The notes under the pieces are model-generated. The model ran no database searches. It worked only from the letters and a program-made list of their open reading frames with translations, and had not been told where the DNA came from. The position numbers and the translations under genes were made by a program. From an uncultured Candidatus Saccharibacteria bacterium (GTDB taxonomy: Bacteria; Patescibacteriota; UBA1384; XYA2-FULL-43-10; 1-14-0-10-43-13): a stretch of DNA of 32,000 nucleotides. The stretch's first letter is position 1, and each line of letters starts with the position of its first letter. Where the stretch lies: the NCBI GenBank assembly GCA_964543385.1, contig CAZIYE010000001.1:630001-662000 (forward strand), given 5' to 3'. This document shows positions 1 through 8,243 of the stretch, piece by piece.

Positions 1-2
1 CT

Positions 3-287
3 CCATTGTTGGAGATGGTAAAAAGTGGCAATATTGACCGCGACAAGATAAAACCGGAGTTTTCATCCGTGTATGATCAGCTCTCTCTTCAGGTAATTGC
101 CGATATAGATCCATCCGCTGATCTTGCGATACAAGAAGAGCTATTATATTTATTGGGGAGGCAAAAATCAGAGAAAAAGGAAAACATCAAAGAAGAGTTC
201 GCTAGGAAAATCAAAGTAGCCGAACGTGCGGGAGACAAAGAGAAGTTAAGGGAGCTTCTAGTCGAGTTCTCTGCCTTGATAAAGTAG
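3..287 (+). CDS. 3' end of a gene entering from upstream of the window, possibly the C-terminal region of DNA primase DnaG
   Basis: Open frame from the window edge to TAG at 285-287. K/E-rich helical tail. It sits directly upstream of rpoD, matching the conserved dnaG-rpoD order. No catalytic motif is visible, so the product call rests on position only. Confidence 0.4.
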   Translation, partial: PLLEMVKSGNIDRDKIKPEFSSVYDQLSLQVIADIDPSADLAIQEELLYLLGRQKSEKKENIKEEFARKIKVAERAGDKEKLRELLVEFSALIK

Positions 288-350
288 CACTAAAATGGTA
301 AAGTCAATACTAACTAATAAATAAGAGGGATACTGCGGATCTACGATCTG

Positions 351-419
351 TTGTCATTCCGGACATGATCCGGAATCTTCAAGTTGTTGCTAGATCTTGA
401 ATCAAGTTCAAGATGACAA
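351..419. repeat. 69-nt double-hairpin palindromic element: TTGTCAT, hairpin 1, hairpin 2, ATGACAA
   Basis: Hairpin 1 is ATTCCGGA (356-363) paired with TCCGGAAT (369-376). Hairpin 2 is ATCTTGAA (394-401) paired with TTCAAGAT (407-414). Terminal inverted TTGTCAT (351-357) and ATGACAA (413-419). Single copy in this window. Confidence 0.7.
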
Positions 420-453
420 TGTTTTAGGTCGGAACCTGCGGTTTAGGAGTTTA

Positions 454-1575
454 ATGGCAAAAAAAATTTTTGTTCCCAAGAAGGAAGAAATTCTTACTTT
501 TTCCGAGGCAGTTAATGATCTCTTAATGAAAGGCCGTGCTCACGGCTATATTTCTATGCAAGAGATGATCCAGGCAATATCAGAACCCGAAGAAAATGTC
601 GAAGAGTTGGATATGATTTTCGATTACATGTACCGCAAGGGTATAGAGTTCAAAGAAGAAGTAGAAAAACCAAAAGGAATTTTAGCTTCTGTTATGCAAG
701 CCAAGAAAGAAAAAGGTTTGTTGGAAGAGCTGGGTTTAGGGGATATTGCAGACGACTCGGTCCGAATGTATTTGCGTGAAATTGGCAAGATTAATCTCTT
801 GACGAATGAAGAAGAAGTCAAGCTTGCAAAGAGAGTCGAAAGAGGAGACATCTGGGCTAAAAAAAGATTGGCTGAAGCAAATTTGCGCTTAGTAGTATCA
901 ATTGCGAAAAAATATATTGGTAGAGGACTCTCTCTGCTTGATCTAATCCAAGAAGGGAATACTGGTTTGATGAGGGCGGTGGATAAATTTGACTATCGAA
1001 AAGGGTTTAAGTTTTCGACTTACGCTACCTGGTGGATCAGACAGGCTATTACTCGCGCTATTGCTGATCAAGCTAGAACAATTCGCATTCCTGTACACAT
1101 GATTGAAACTATTAATAAGCTCATTCGAGTTGAAAGACAGCTCGTCCAAGATCTTGGTCGTGAACCTACTCCGGAAGAAATCGCTCAGGAAATGGGTCTT
1201 GATGTAGATAAAGTTGAACATATTATAAAAATCTCTCAAGAAACAGTCTCACTAGAGGCACCGGTTGGCGAAGAAGAAGATTCTAGGCTTGGTGATTTCA
1301 TCGAGGATACTAAACATGTTTCACCTGAAGAGCAGACCTCTCAGACATTGTTAAAAGACAAAATTCAAGAATTCCTAAATGGCTTGCAGCCACGTGAGCA
1401 AAAAATATTGAAAATGCGTTTTGGCCTAGAAGACGGCAGAACTCACACTCTCGAAGAAGTAGGTCAAGAATTCGGAGTTACTCGTGAACGTATTCGACAA
1501 ATTGAGGCGAAAGCTTTGTCGAAATTAAAAAAAGCTGAACGTTCAGCTGATCTCGAAGAATATTTACAGGGGTAA
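454..1575 (+). CDS. rpoD: Primary RNA polymerase sigma-70 factor RpoD
   Basis: [14 protein letters not shown] (region 2.3/2.4), region 3, and [14 protein letters not shown] (region 4.2 HTH). Start moved to ATG 454, which has AGGAG at 445-449. The ORF-track TTG start at 397 lies inside the palindromic repeat. Confidence 0.95.
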   Translation: MAKKIFVPKKEEILTFSEAVNDLLMKGRAHGYISMQEMIQAISEPEENVEELDMIFDYMYRKGIEFKEEVEKPKGILASVMQAKKEKGLLEELGLGDIADDSVRMYLREIGKINLLTNEEEVKLAKRVERGDIWAKKRLAEANLRLVVSIAKKYIGRGLSLLDLIQEGNTGLMRAVDKFDYRKGFKFSTYATWWIRQAITRAIADQARTIRIPVHMIETINKLIRVERQLVQDLGREPTPEEIAQEMGLDVDKVEHIIKISQETVSLEAPVGEEEDSRLGDFIEDTKHVSPEEQTSQTLLKDKIQEFLNGLQPREQKILKMRFGLEDGRTHTLEEVGQEFGVTRERIRQIEAKALSKLKKAERSADLEEYLQG

Positions 1576-1624
1576 TATAGAATATTATAAATTATAGCCA
1601 GAGAAATTAGGTTAATATCTTTTC

Positions 1625-2362
1625 ATGTCTATTAACGATATTAGGGGCAAAAAAGTTTTAATCACTGGCGGCACTACTGGTATCGGTCGTGCAACGGCTG
1701 TGTTGTTGGCAAAAAATGGCGCCGATGTATTTATATTTGGTCGTCATCAGAATTTTCTGGATGAAGCTCTTTTTGATATTAGAAGAATTGCAAAGAGAGA
1801 AGTATCCGGTATGGTTGCGGATGTGGCTGACCATGAATCGATAAAAAGAGTTTTTACAAATATAAAAGAACTCTGGGGCAAGATTGATGTTCTGGTAAAT
1901 AACGCTGCTCTTCCAGCCGAAAGCGTTAATAATTCTGATTACGAATATGTCCAATATGTAATCAAAGTAAATATTGCAGGATATCTTCTCTGCTCAAAAT
2001 TAGCGCTCGAGGTTATGCTGCCATCTCGTAGTGGTCACATTATAAATATTGGTTCTATGAGCGCGGAGTCCAGAGAGGGCGGGGATGATCTTTATGTTAC
2101 AACAAAGTCAGCAATTTTAGGTTTTAACGAATCTTTGAGAAAGACAGTCAATCGTAAGGGAATAAAAGTTTCTCTTATCGAACCGGGATCGGTTGGCACT
2201 AATATGATAAGCGAGTCATCAATCCAGCAAGAAAAAAAGGAGTCCGCCGGAGAGATGCTTAAGGCGGAGGATGTTGCAGAGTGCATAATATTTTGTCTGA
2301 ACAGACCAAGTCGTTGCGATATTGTAGAGATACAGGTAAAACCAAGCCATCAAATTATCTAA
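1625..2362 (+). CDS. Short-chain dehydrogenase/reductase (SDR) family oxidoreductase
   Basis: TGGTTGIG cofactor motif, NNAA, and a Ser...YvttK catalytic pattern. 245 aa is a typical length. Confidence 0.85.
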   Translation: MSINDIRGKKVLITGGTTGIGRATAVLLAKNGADVFIFGRHQNFLDEALFDIRRIAKREVSGMVADVADHESIKRVFTNIKELWGKIDVLVNNAALPAESVNNSDYEYVQYVIKVNIAGYLLCSKLALEVMLPSRSGHIINIGSMSAESREGGDDLYVTTKSAILGFNESLRKTVNRKGIKVSLIEPGSVGTNMISESSIQQEKKESAGEMLKAEDVAECIIFCLNRPSRCDIVEIQVKPSHQII

Positions 2363-2373
2363 CAACCGAAGAT

Positions 2374-2394
2374 ATATAACGCTATTCGTTATAT
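2374..2394. terminator. Hairpin between convergent genes, possibly a bidirectional terminator
   Basis: ATATAACG (2374-2381) pairs with CGTTATAT (2387-2394) around a 5-nt loop. The context is AT-rich. Confidence 0.4.
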
Positions 2395-2679
2395 TTATAT
2401 CAATTTCACCGGAGGACGGTTTGATTGTCCACTATTTTCGGTGGATTGAGCAGGCGGCATATTCCAAATGATCCCGTCGTCTACACTAGTATCGGTTACG
2501 CTGCTGTCAGAATAATCCATGATTTTATCATCAATTGCTGTGTCCTGTATTTCCCGCTTCAATACATTCTTTACTGCCAACAGACTGAATAAATTAACTA
2601 ACAACACAGAGAAGATCAAGGCTGCATTTATACTGCTGATAATTTTAAAAGTTTTGTTTTTTGGCACTGATTTATTCAT
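2395..2679 (-). CDS. Hypothetical small membrane-anchored protein
   Basis: 94-aa ORF with one N-terminal hydrophobic helix (IISSINAALIFSVLLVNLFSLLAV). No recognisable domain. Confidence 0.5.
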   Translation of the reverse strand: MNKSVPKNKTFKIISSINAALIFSVLLVNLFSLLAVKNVLKREIQDTAIDDKIMDYSDSSVTDTSVDDGIIWNMPPAQSTENSGQSNRPPVKLI

Positions 2680-2845
2680 TAGAAATTGCTCTCATTGTAA
2701 CTATATTTTAACTATGTACAAGGAAGTTTAAATTTTTCCTGTTTCAGATTCACTGTAACTATATCCAAATAGATGAATCTTTTTGAGCTTTATTTTGTTA
2801 GAAACAATGATATGACTATTTTACGTTTAATTTTCCTCGCCAATT

Positions 2846-2854
2846 TGTTATAAT
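2846..2854 (+). promoter_or_regulatory. Extended -10 promoter element (TGtTATAAT) for the ABC transporter operon
   Basis: TG at 2846-2847 and TATAAT at 2849-2854, about 30 nt upstream of ATG 2885. GGAG RBS at 2877-2880. Confidence 0.5.
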
Positions 2855-2884
2855 AGCTATCGTTCATTAAATATTCGGAGAAGT

Positions 2885-3802
2885 ATGGATAACGTCATCG
2901 AAGTAAAAGATCTTATAAAAAAGTATGGCAAATTTACTGCTGTTAATGGTATTTCATTTGCAGTGAAAAAAGGGGAAATATTTGGCCTTCTGGGGGAAAA
3001 TGGTGCCGGCAAGACTACAACATTGGAAATAATCGAGGGATTACGTAGTAAGACGTCGGGGGAAATAAAAGTTCTGGGTCATGAGATTTCAGATTTTGCG
3101 GATGATGAAGTCAAAGAGAGGATAGGCGTCCAGCTCCAATCGTCGGCATATTATAACTTTTTGACCCTTAAAGAAATTTTGGAATTATTTGGTGGTTTCT
3201 ATAATAAAAGACTTGCACCCGATGAACTTCTCGAAATGGTCAATCTTAAATTCAAAGAAAATGCCTTAGTTAAGGATCTCTCCGGAGGACAACGTCAACG
3301 TTTTTCAATTGTTGCGGCCTTGGTAAATGACCCTGATATAGTTTTCCTTGATGAGCCGACTACGGGTCTTGATCCAATTGCTAGACGCAAGCTTTGGGAT
3401 ATCATCGTAAAAATTAAGAAACAGGGCAAGACCATAATCATTACGACTCATTATATGGAAGAGGCAGAAGTTCTCTGCGATCGTATTGCCATTATGGATA
3501 AAGGAAAAGTCCTAAAAATGGGCGAGACTCACAAACTGATTGAAGGCACAAAAAACCCGTATAAGATAAGTTTTGTTTTGGAAAAACCCAATGAAAAGGA
3601 AACGGAGTCTTTGAGGAAATTTGGAGAATTAGAAAATCTAGCTGGAAAATCAAATCACTTCGAGATGCATCTCAAAAACCAAGAAAATGTTAATAAATCA
3701 ATTCAGATAATACATAAGTTGAACCCTGAATCTTTGACGGTTGGCAGGGCTTCGCTTGAAGATTTGTTTGTGGAATTAACCGGTAAAAATATCGAGGAGT
3801 AA
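2885..3802 (+). CDS. ABC transporter ATP-binding protein (ABC-2/DrrA-like exporter type)
   Basis: Walker A GENGAGKTT, signature LSGGQRQR, Walker B IVFLDEPT, H-loop TTHYMEE. Confidence 0.95.
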   Translation: MDNVIEVKDLIKKYGKFTAVNGISFAVKKGEIFGLLGENGAGKTTTLEIIEGLRSKTSGEIKVLGHEISDFADDEVKERIGVQLQSSAYYNFLTLKEILELFGGFYNKRLAPDELLEMVNLKFKENALVKDLSGGQRQRFSIVAALVNDPDIVFLDEPTTGLDPIARRKLWDIIVKIKKQGKTIIITTHYMEEAEVLCDRIAIMDKGKVLKMGETHKLIEGTKNPYKISFVLEKPNEKETESLRKFGELENLAGKSNHFEMHLKNQENVNKSIQIIHKLNPESLTVGRASLEDLFVELTGKNIEE

Positions 3803-3803
3803 A

Positions 3804-4889
3804 ATGTTCAAATTATTTATACCCAATTTAAAAATGTTATTTAGGAATTCTCAATCTGCTTTTTGGGCGTTGATGTTTCCTCTGATGTTCACCTTTATTT
3901 TTGGTTTCTTTTTTGGTAAAAATTCGACTACTGGTAATATAATTTTGATAAATCAGTCTGATACAGAGATTTCCAAAACCTTAGAAAAAACTTTAACGGA
4001 TGCCAATCTGTTTAAAGTTGATACAAGCTACACTGATATAGAGAAAGCGAGAGACCAGGTTGAGAAGGGCAAGGTCGCAGCTACCTTGGTGATTCCTCAG
4101 AATTTTGGGGAGATGACTCCAGGTGCTCCAAAAACCCTAAATGTGATCGAAGACCCGGCTAATACAACGACCAATGCGGTTCTTTTGGGATTCTTGGATA
4201 AGTTCAATACAAATTTAACTTTCCAATTAAACAAGATTGAAGCCCCGGCTTTTTCTGTTCACGAAGAAAAGACTAATACCAGAAATCTTGGTTATTTCGA
4301 TTTTGTTCTGGCTGGTCTTCTGGGACTGGCGCTGATGAACGCTTCAATAGTCGGAATCGCTGTCGGTATGTCTAAATATCGTGAAGACAAAATCTTTAAA
4401 CGTCTGACAACGACGCCAATGAAATCTTGGTGGTTTATAGTAAACGAAGTATTGTCCAGATTGGTTTTGAATTTTCTTCAGGTCAGTATCATATTGGCTG
4501 TCGGCAGATTTATATTTGATGCTCATATTTATGGCAATTATTTTGTCATATATGCGCTAGCTCTACTAGGTGGGATCTTGTTCCAACTCCTAGGTTTCGC
4601 TATTGCTAGTATCGTCAAAACTACCGATGCAGCCCAAGGTGCAGCCATGGCTATCACCATACCGATGATGTTTTTGGGTGGAGTATTTTTTCCTATAGAT
4701 GGTTTGCCAAACTGGCTTTTCTCTATAGTACAATATCTGCCGATCGCACCGCTTCTAAGAATGCTTAGAGGAGTCGTCTTGGAGGGCAATTCACCATTTG
4801 ATAACCCTATAAATATTATTATTGTTTTGAGTTGGATCGTTGTATGTCTATTTTTTGCAAGCTGGAAATTCAGGCTCAATGAGGAATAA
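3804..4889 (+). CDS. ABC-2 type transporter permease
   Basis: Starts 1 nt after the ATPase stop. It has an N-terminal TM helix, a large extracytoplasmic loop and a C-terminal cluster of about 5 TM helices, as is typical of ABC-2 permeases. Confidence 0.85.
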   Translation: MFKLFIPNLKMLFRNSQSAFWALMFPLMFTFIFGFFFGKNSTTGNIILINQSDTEISKTLEKTLTDANLFKVDTSYTDIEKARDQVEKGKVAATLVIPQNFGEMTPGAPKTLNVIEDPANTTTNAVLLGFLDKFNTNLTFQLNKIEAPAFSVHEEKTNTRNLGYFDFVLAGLLGLALMNASIVGIAVGMSKYREDKIFKRLTTTPMKSWWFIVNEVLSRLVLNFLQVSIILAVGRFIFDAHIYGNYFVIYALALLGGILFQLLGFAIASIVKTTDAAQGAAMAITIPMMFLGGVFFPIDGLPNWLFSIVQYLPIAPLLRMLRGVVLEGNSPFDNPINIIIVLSWIVVCLFFASWKFRLNEE

Positions 4890-4984
4890 AAATCAGAGAT
4901 AGTTTCTCTGTCTGTAAGTAGTTCTATTGAATAAAATCTTGAATCAGATTAGATGGATAATACCAGATAAAAAGCGAGGTATTA

Positions 4985-5413
4985 ATGAAGTTCAAGATTT
5001 ATGTTTATGCACTCATCCTTTTCGATCACGAGGATAAAATACTCTTGCGCCATAAAAAAGATAGTAATCTATATCATCTTCCTGGTGTAGAAGTAATTAT
5101 TGGTCAATCAGCAGAAAAATGTCTCAAAACTTATCTAGACGACCAACTGAAAATTGTGTCCTCCGATCTATTTTTTATCGGAACCATGGAAGAAATTAAT
5201 GAGAATGATCATATCTACGCTTTGTTCTTTAAGGCCACTCAATTAGAGGACATATTATCTTTGCCAAATGATGACTTTATTTATGAATGGAAAAATATCC
5301 CGTTACCGAAAGATTTAAAATCCGATCCTGAGTATTTGAAAGAAGACCTATCACGATGGTTAAAAGGCAAGGCAATTTTCCTATCAACAGAAAACAGAGC
5401 GTTCTCCATGTAG
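4985..5413 (+). CDS. Nudix-fold protein with a degenerate Nudix box
   Basis: LPGVEVIIGQSAEKCLKTYLDDQLKI aligns with the Nudix box GX5EX7REUXEEXGU, but REXXEE is replaced by TYLDDQ. Confidence 0.55.
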   Translation: MKFKIYVYALILFDHEDKILLRHKKDSNLYHLPGVEVIIGQSAEKCLKTYLDDQLKIVSSDLFFIGTMEEINENDHIYALFFKATQLEDILSLPNDDFIYEWKNIPLPKDLKSDPEYLKEDLSRWLKGKAIFLSTENRAFSM

Positions 5414-5439
5414 CGCTGCCATATGTTTTGTTTGGGTAA

Positions 5440-5814
5440 TTAGTTTCTCCAAAGACCGTGTAGGTTGCAATAGGCTCTAATAGTATAAGGATTAGACAAT
5501 TTCTCAAATTTTGCTTCGGGCTTATCTCCCGGCTTTAGGAAATGGCGGATTGATTTGTCATTGCATATCAATTCTATCCATTCAATATAGTGTGCTTCCT
5601 CCATTGGATGTAAGATTTCACCAACTCTAACAATTATTTCATCTCCTTTTTCTTCAACAATTGGTACATGTTTCTCTTTGGCAGCATCGACAGAATTTTC
5701 CTTCACTAGCTTCATCTCTTCGCCACAGCATATTAAAGAGCCGGCGCCACCATGAACCATGCTAACTATATTGCCGCAAATATTGCAACGATAGATCTCA
5801 TTTATCTTTGTCAT
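5440..5814 (-). CDS. dfx: Desulfoferrodoxin (2Fe superoxide reductase)
   Basis: N-terminal desulforedoxin-type CNIC...CC site. C-terminal His and Cys ligands (KHVP, HPMEEAHY, CNLH). 124 aa. Confidence 0.92.
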   Translation of the reverse strand: MTKINEIYRCNICGNIVSMVHGGAGSLICCGEEMKLVKENSVDAAKEKHVPIVEEKGDEIIVRVGEILHPMEEAHYIEWIELICNDKSIRHFLKPGDKPEAKFEKLSNPYTIRAYCNLHGLWRN

Positions 5815-5826
5815 AGTTTTCCTTTT

Positions 5827-6096
5827 TTAATCTTCTTTACCCCAATATTTCTCTGCTTCATCTTCCATTTTTTCCAGCCTGTCGTAATAGTCAGGAAATT
5901 CTTTAAGATGGGCCAAAGCGATTTTTCCAGTTGTCAAAGGATCGTCATTGGAAACGTTGGTTTCAACGTCTCTCAATCCGTGTTCTAGCTCTACGTTCAT
6001 ACCTTGTCTAAATTGATCGACATCGAATTGGTCCCAAGTTATGCCAAGCTTTTCGCCGACTTCTTTTGCATCCTCGGCAGAGAATTTATTTTCCAT
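5827..6096 (-). CDS. Small conserved protein of unknown function, probably co-transcribed with dfx
   Basis: 89-aa acidic protein with an NVELEHG motif. A 12-nt gap separates it from dfx. I think this matches an uncharacterised DUF, but I cannot verify that. Confidence 0.6.
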   Translation of the reverse strand: MENKFSAEDAKEVGEKLGITWDQFDVDQFRQGMNVELEHGLRDVETNVSNDDPLTTGKIALAHLKEFPDYYDRLEKMEDEAEKYWGKED

Positions 6097-6278
6097 ACGA
6101 TCTCCTTATATTAAATTGACCTAGTATTAATATAACAAATTAAATGGTTATCTTTCTAGCCTAGCAATCATCATCTATCTAATATGTTCTAAACAACAAT
6201 GAATTCACTTCTCGACAGTGATATATTAATATTGCCTTCCAAATTGGGAAAAGGCGATAGCGCTGCTAATTCATTAAA

Positions 6279-6464
6279 ATGAGTATAAATATGCCTAAAT
6301 ATGTTTGTGCAAATGATGACGACTTCGCATCAACCAGTGATGCAACAGCCATGGAACATCTTGAGAACAATCCAGATCATAAACTAGTGAGGATAGACAG
6401 AGACGCCTATACCGGGAATGTGGAGACGATGTTGATAGACATCCATAGCTCTGACGTTAAATAG
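6279..6464 (+). CDS. Hypothetical small protein
   Basis: 61-aa ORF followed by a hairpin at 6496-6518. No recognisable domain. Confidence 0.35.
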   Translation: MSINMPKYVCANDDDFASTSDATAMEHLENNPDHKLVRIDRDAYTGNVETMLIDIHSSDVK

Positions 6465-6495
6465 TGAATTAACATTATAATGACGGATTTTCGCG

Positions 6496-6518
6496 GAGTA
6501 GATGATAGTTATCTACTC
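6496..6518 (+). terminator. Hairpin after the small ORF
   Basis: GAGTAGAT (6496-6503) pairs with ATCTACTC (6511-6518), followed by TATTT. Confidence 0.45.
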
Positions 6519-6521
6519 TAT

Positions 6522-6575
6522 TTGACAAAGCCAAAGTAACCCATTATGATGTCTTTATACCTATACCATAGGTAT
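6522..6575 (+). promoter_or_regulatory. Sigma-70 promoter plus a candidate CsoR operator
   Basis: TTGACA (6522-6527), 17-nt spacer, TATGAT (6545-6550). An ATACCTAT-acc-ATAGGTAT inverted repeat at 6557-6575 lies just downstream of the -10 element, where a repressor would block initiation. Confidence 0.65.
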
Positions 6576-6603
6576 ACGTATTAAATACTAATTGGAGATC
6601 AAA

Positions 6604-6876
6604 ATGGACAGTAAGCATGAAAAAACGATAATCAATTTCAAGAAGGCTCGTACACATGTGGATAAGATTATTAAGATGATTGAAGAAGGTGAATATTGTA
6701 TCGACGTGATGCAGCAAAATCTTGCCGTCATTGGTCTTTTAAAATCGGCCCATCAGATGTTAATGGAAGGACATCTAAATACCTGTTTTAAAAATGCAAT
6801 GAAGACAAACAATGAGGAAAGAAAACAGAAAATGATCGAAGAGATTCTCAAAGTATCGAAACTAGCAAACAAATAA
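6604..6876 (+). CDS. csoR: CsoR/RcnR-family metal-sensing transcriptional repressor
   Basis: DUF156-type helical protein with Cys (YCIDV) and His...Cys (GHLNTC) ligand positions. Start set to ATG 6604, with GGAG at 6594-6597. Confidence 0.85.
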   Translation: MDSKHEKTIINFKKARTHVDKIIKMIEEGEYCIDVMQQNLAVIGLLKSAHQMLMEGHLNTCFKNAMKTNNEERKQKMIEEILKVSKLANK

Positions 6877-6884
6877 GAGGATTC

Positions 6885-8243
6885 ATGAATAAAACAATAG
6901 TTCCAATTCGGGGGATGCATTGCCGGTCATGTGAGATTTTAATTGAAGAAAAACTCAAGGAATTGCCGGAGATTAAAAGCGTCCAGATAAATTACAAAAA
7001 GAAGCAAGCTATTATTTACTCAAAAGGTGAACTTGATTTAAATACAGTCAAACTATCTATAGAAGAAGCTGGCTATGAAGTTGGCGGCGATGATAGCAAA
7101 AACTGGATTAGTAGGGATCTGACAGTTTATAAGGACATTCTGATTTCCTTAATGATTTTGCTGGGTATATATTTCTGGTTTAGGATTTTGAATATCTCTG
7201 GCTTTGGTGGAGGGAATGTTAGTAATCCATCAAATCTCTTTGTCGTCCTAATGATTGGATTAACTGCAGGTATCTCAACCTGTATGGCTCTAGTTGGTGG
7301 ATTAGTTCTTGGGATCTCAGCTAGGTATTCAGAAAAACATCCCGAAGCTTCGCCAACACAGAAATTTCGGCCTCATATATTCTTCAATATTGGGAGAGTC
7401 GTTTCCTTCTTTATCTTCGGAGGCCTTATTGGCTTGATAGGTAATGTTTTTCAATTAAATGGTCTTGCTTTGGGTATTATGACTATTGCTGTTGGTATTA
7501 TCATGCTAGCCCTCGGTCTGCAATTAACGGAATTGTTCCCAAAATTATCAAACGGAGGGATTACTCTTCCTTCTGGCATTAGTAAATTTCTTGGAATAAA
7601 AAAACACCATGTAAAAGAATACAGTCATTGGAATTCTGCACTTGTTGGTGCATTGACTTTCTTCTTACCATGCGGTTTTACTCAGGCAATGCAGGTCTAT
7701 GCAATCAGTACTGGAAATCTTTGGTCTGGCGCATTGATCATGGCTATTTTCGCTATCGGCACAACTCCGGGATTATTAAGCATAGGAGGACTAACTTCAT
7801 TTATGAAGGGTTCCTTTGCAAAAAAGATCTTCAAATTTGTCGGAGTTGTCGTTGTAATTTTAGCATTGTTTAATATCAACAATGGCTACAATCTAACCGG
7901 TTGGAAAATCGGTTTTAGTGAAAGTAATATTTCTAGCTCTGCAGATCCCAACGTAACAATAGAAAATGGTGTGCAAGTTGTCCGGATGACACAAGTATCA
8001 AACGGTTATAAGCCGAATAAAGTTACAATCCAAAAGGGGATGCCGGTGAAATGGATTATTAAGGCAACTGATCTTAATTCATGCTCTTCTAGTATTTTAG
8101 TTTCAAAACTTAACATTAAGAAATATCTAACAATTGGCGATAATATTTTTGAATTTACACCGAAAGAAACTGGAGAAATTAAGTTCACTTGTGCGATGGG
8201 GATGTACCCTAGTAAATTTATTGTAATTGAGGATGGCAAATGA
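6885..8243 (+). CDS. Heavy-metal-associated (HMA) domain fused to a polytopic membrane domain and a C-terminal cupredoxin-like domain
   Basis: N-terminal GMHCRSC HMA motif. Multiple TM helices with conserved Cys (ISTCMA, LPCGFTQ), resembling DsbD_2/TauE-like proteins. C-terminal beta-rich domain ending FTCAMGMY. The names for the last two domains are from memory. Confidence 0.75.
   Translation: MNKTIVPIRGMHCRSCEILIEEKLKELPEIKSVQINYKKKQAIIYSKGELDLNTVKLSIEEAGYEVGGDDSKNWISRDLTVYKDILISLMILLGIYFWFRILNISGFGGGNVSNPSNLFVVLMIGLTAGISTCMALVGGLVLGISARYSEKHPEASPTQKFRPHIFFNIGRVVSFFIFGGLIGLIGNVFQLNGLALGIMTIAVGIIMLALGLQLTELFPKLSNGGITLPSGISKFLGIKKHHVKEYSHWNSALVGALTFFLPCGFTQAMQVYAISTGNLWSGALIMAIFAIGTTPGLLSIGGLTSFMKGSFAKKIFKFVGVVVVILALFNINNGYNLTGWKIGFSESNISSSADPNVTIENGVQVVRMTQVSNGYKPNKVTIQKGMPVKWIIKATDLNSCSSSILVSKLNIKKYLTIGDNIFEFTPKETGEIKFTCAMGMYPSKFIVIEDGK

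Noticed and set aside
397-453. N-terminal extension of rpoD starting at TTG 397
   Set aside because: It starts inside the palindromic repeat and has no RBS. ATG 454 has AGGAG 4 nt upstream, and the conserved protein begins there.
8241-8243. Possible alternative genetic code (UGA recoding), as seen in some candidate phyla
   Set aside because: TGA terminates the HMA-fusion gene exactly at the ATGA overlap with copA. All long ORFs are intact under code 11, so there is no need for recoding.
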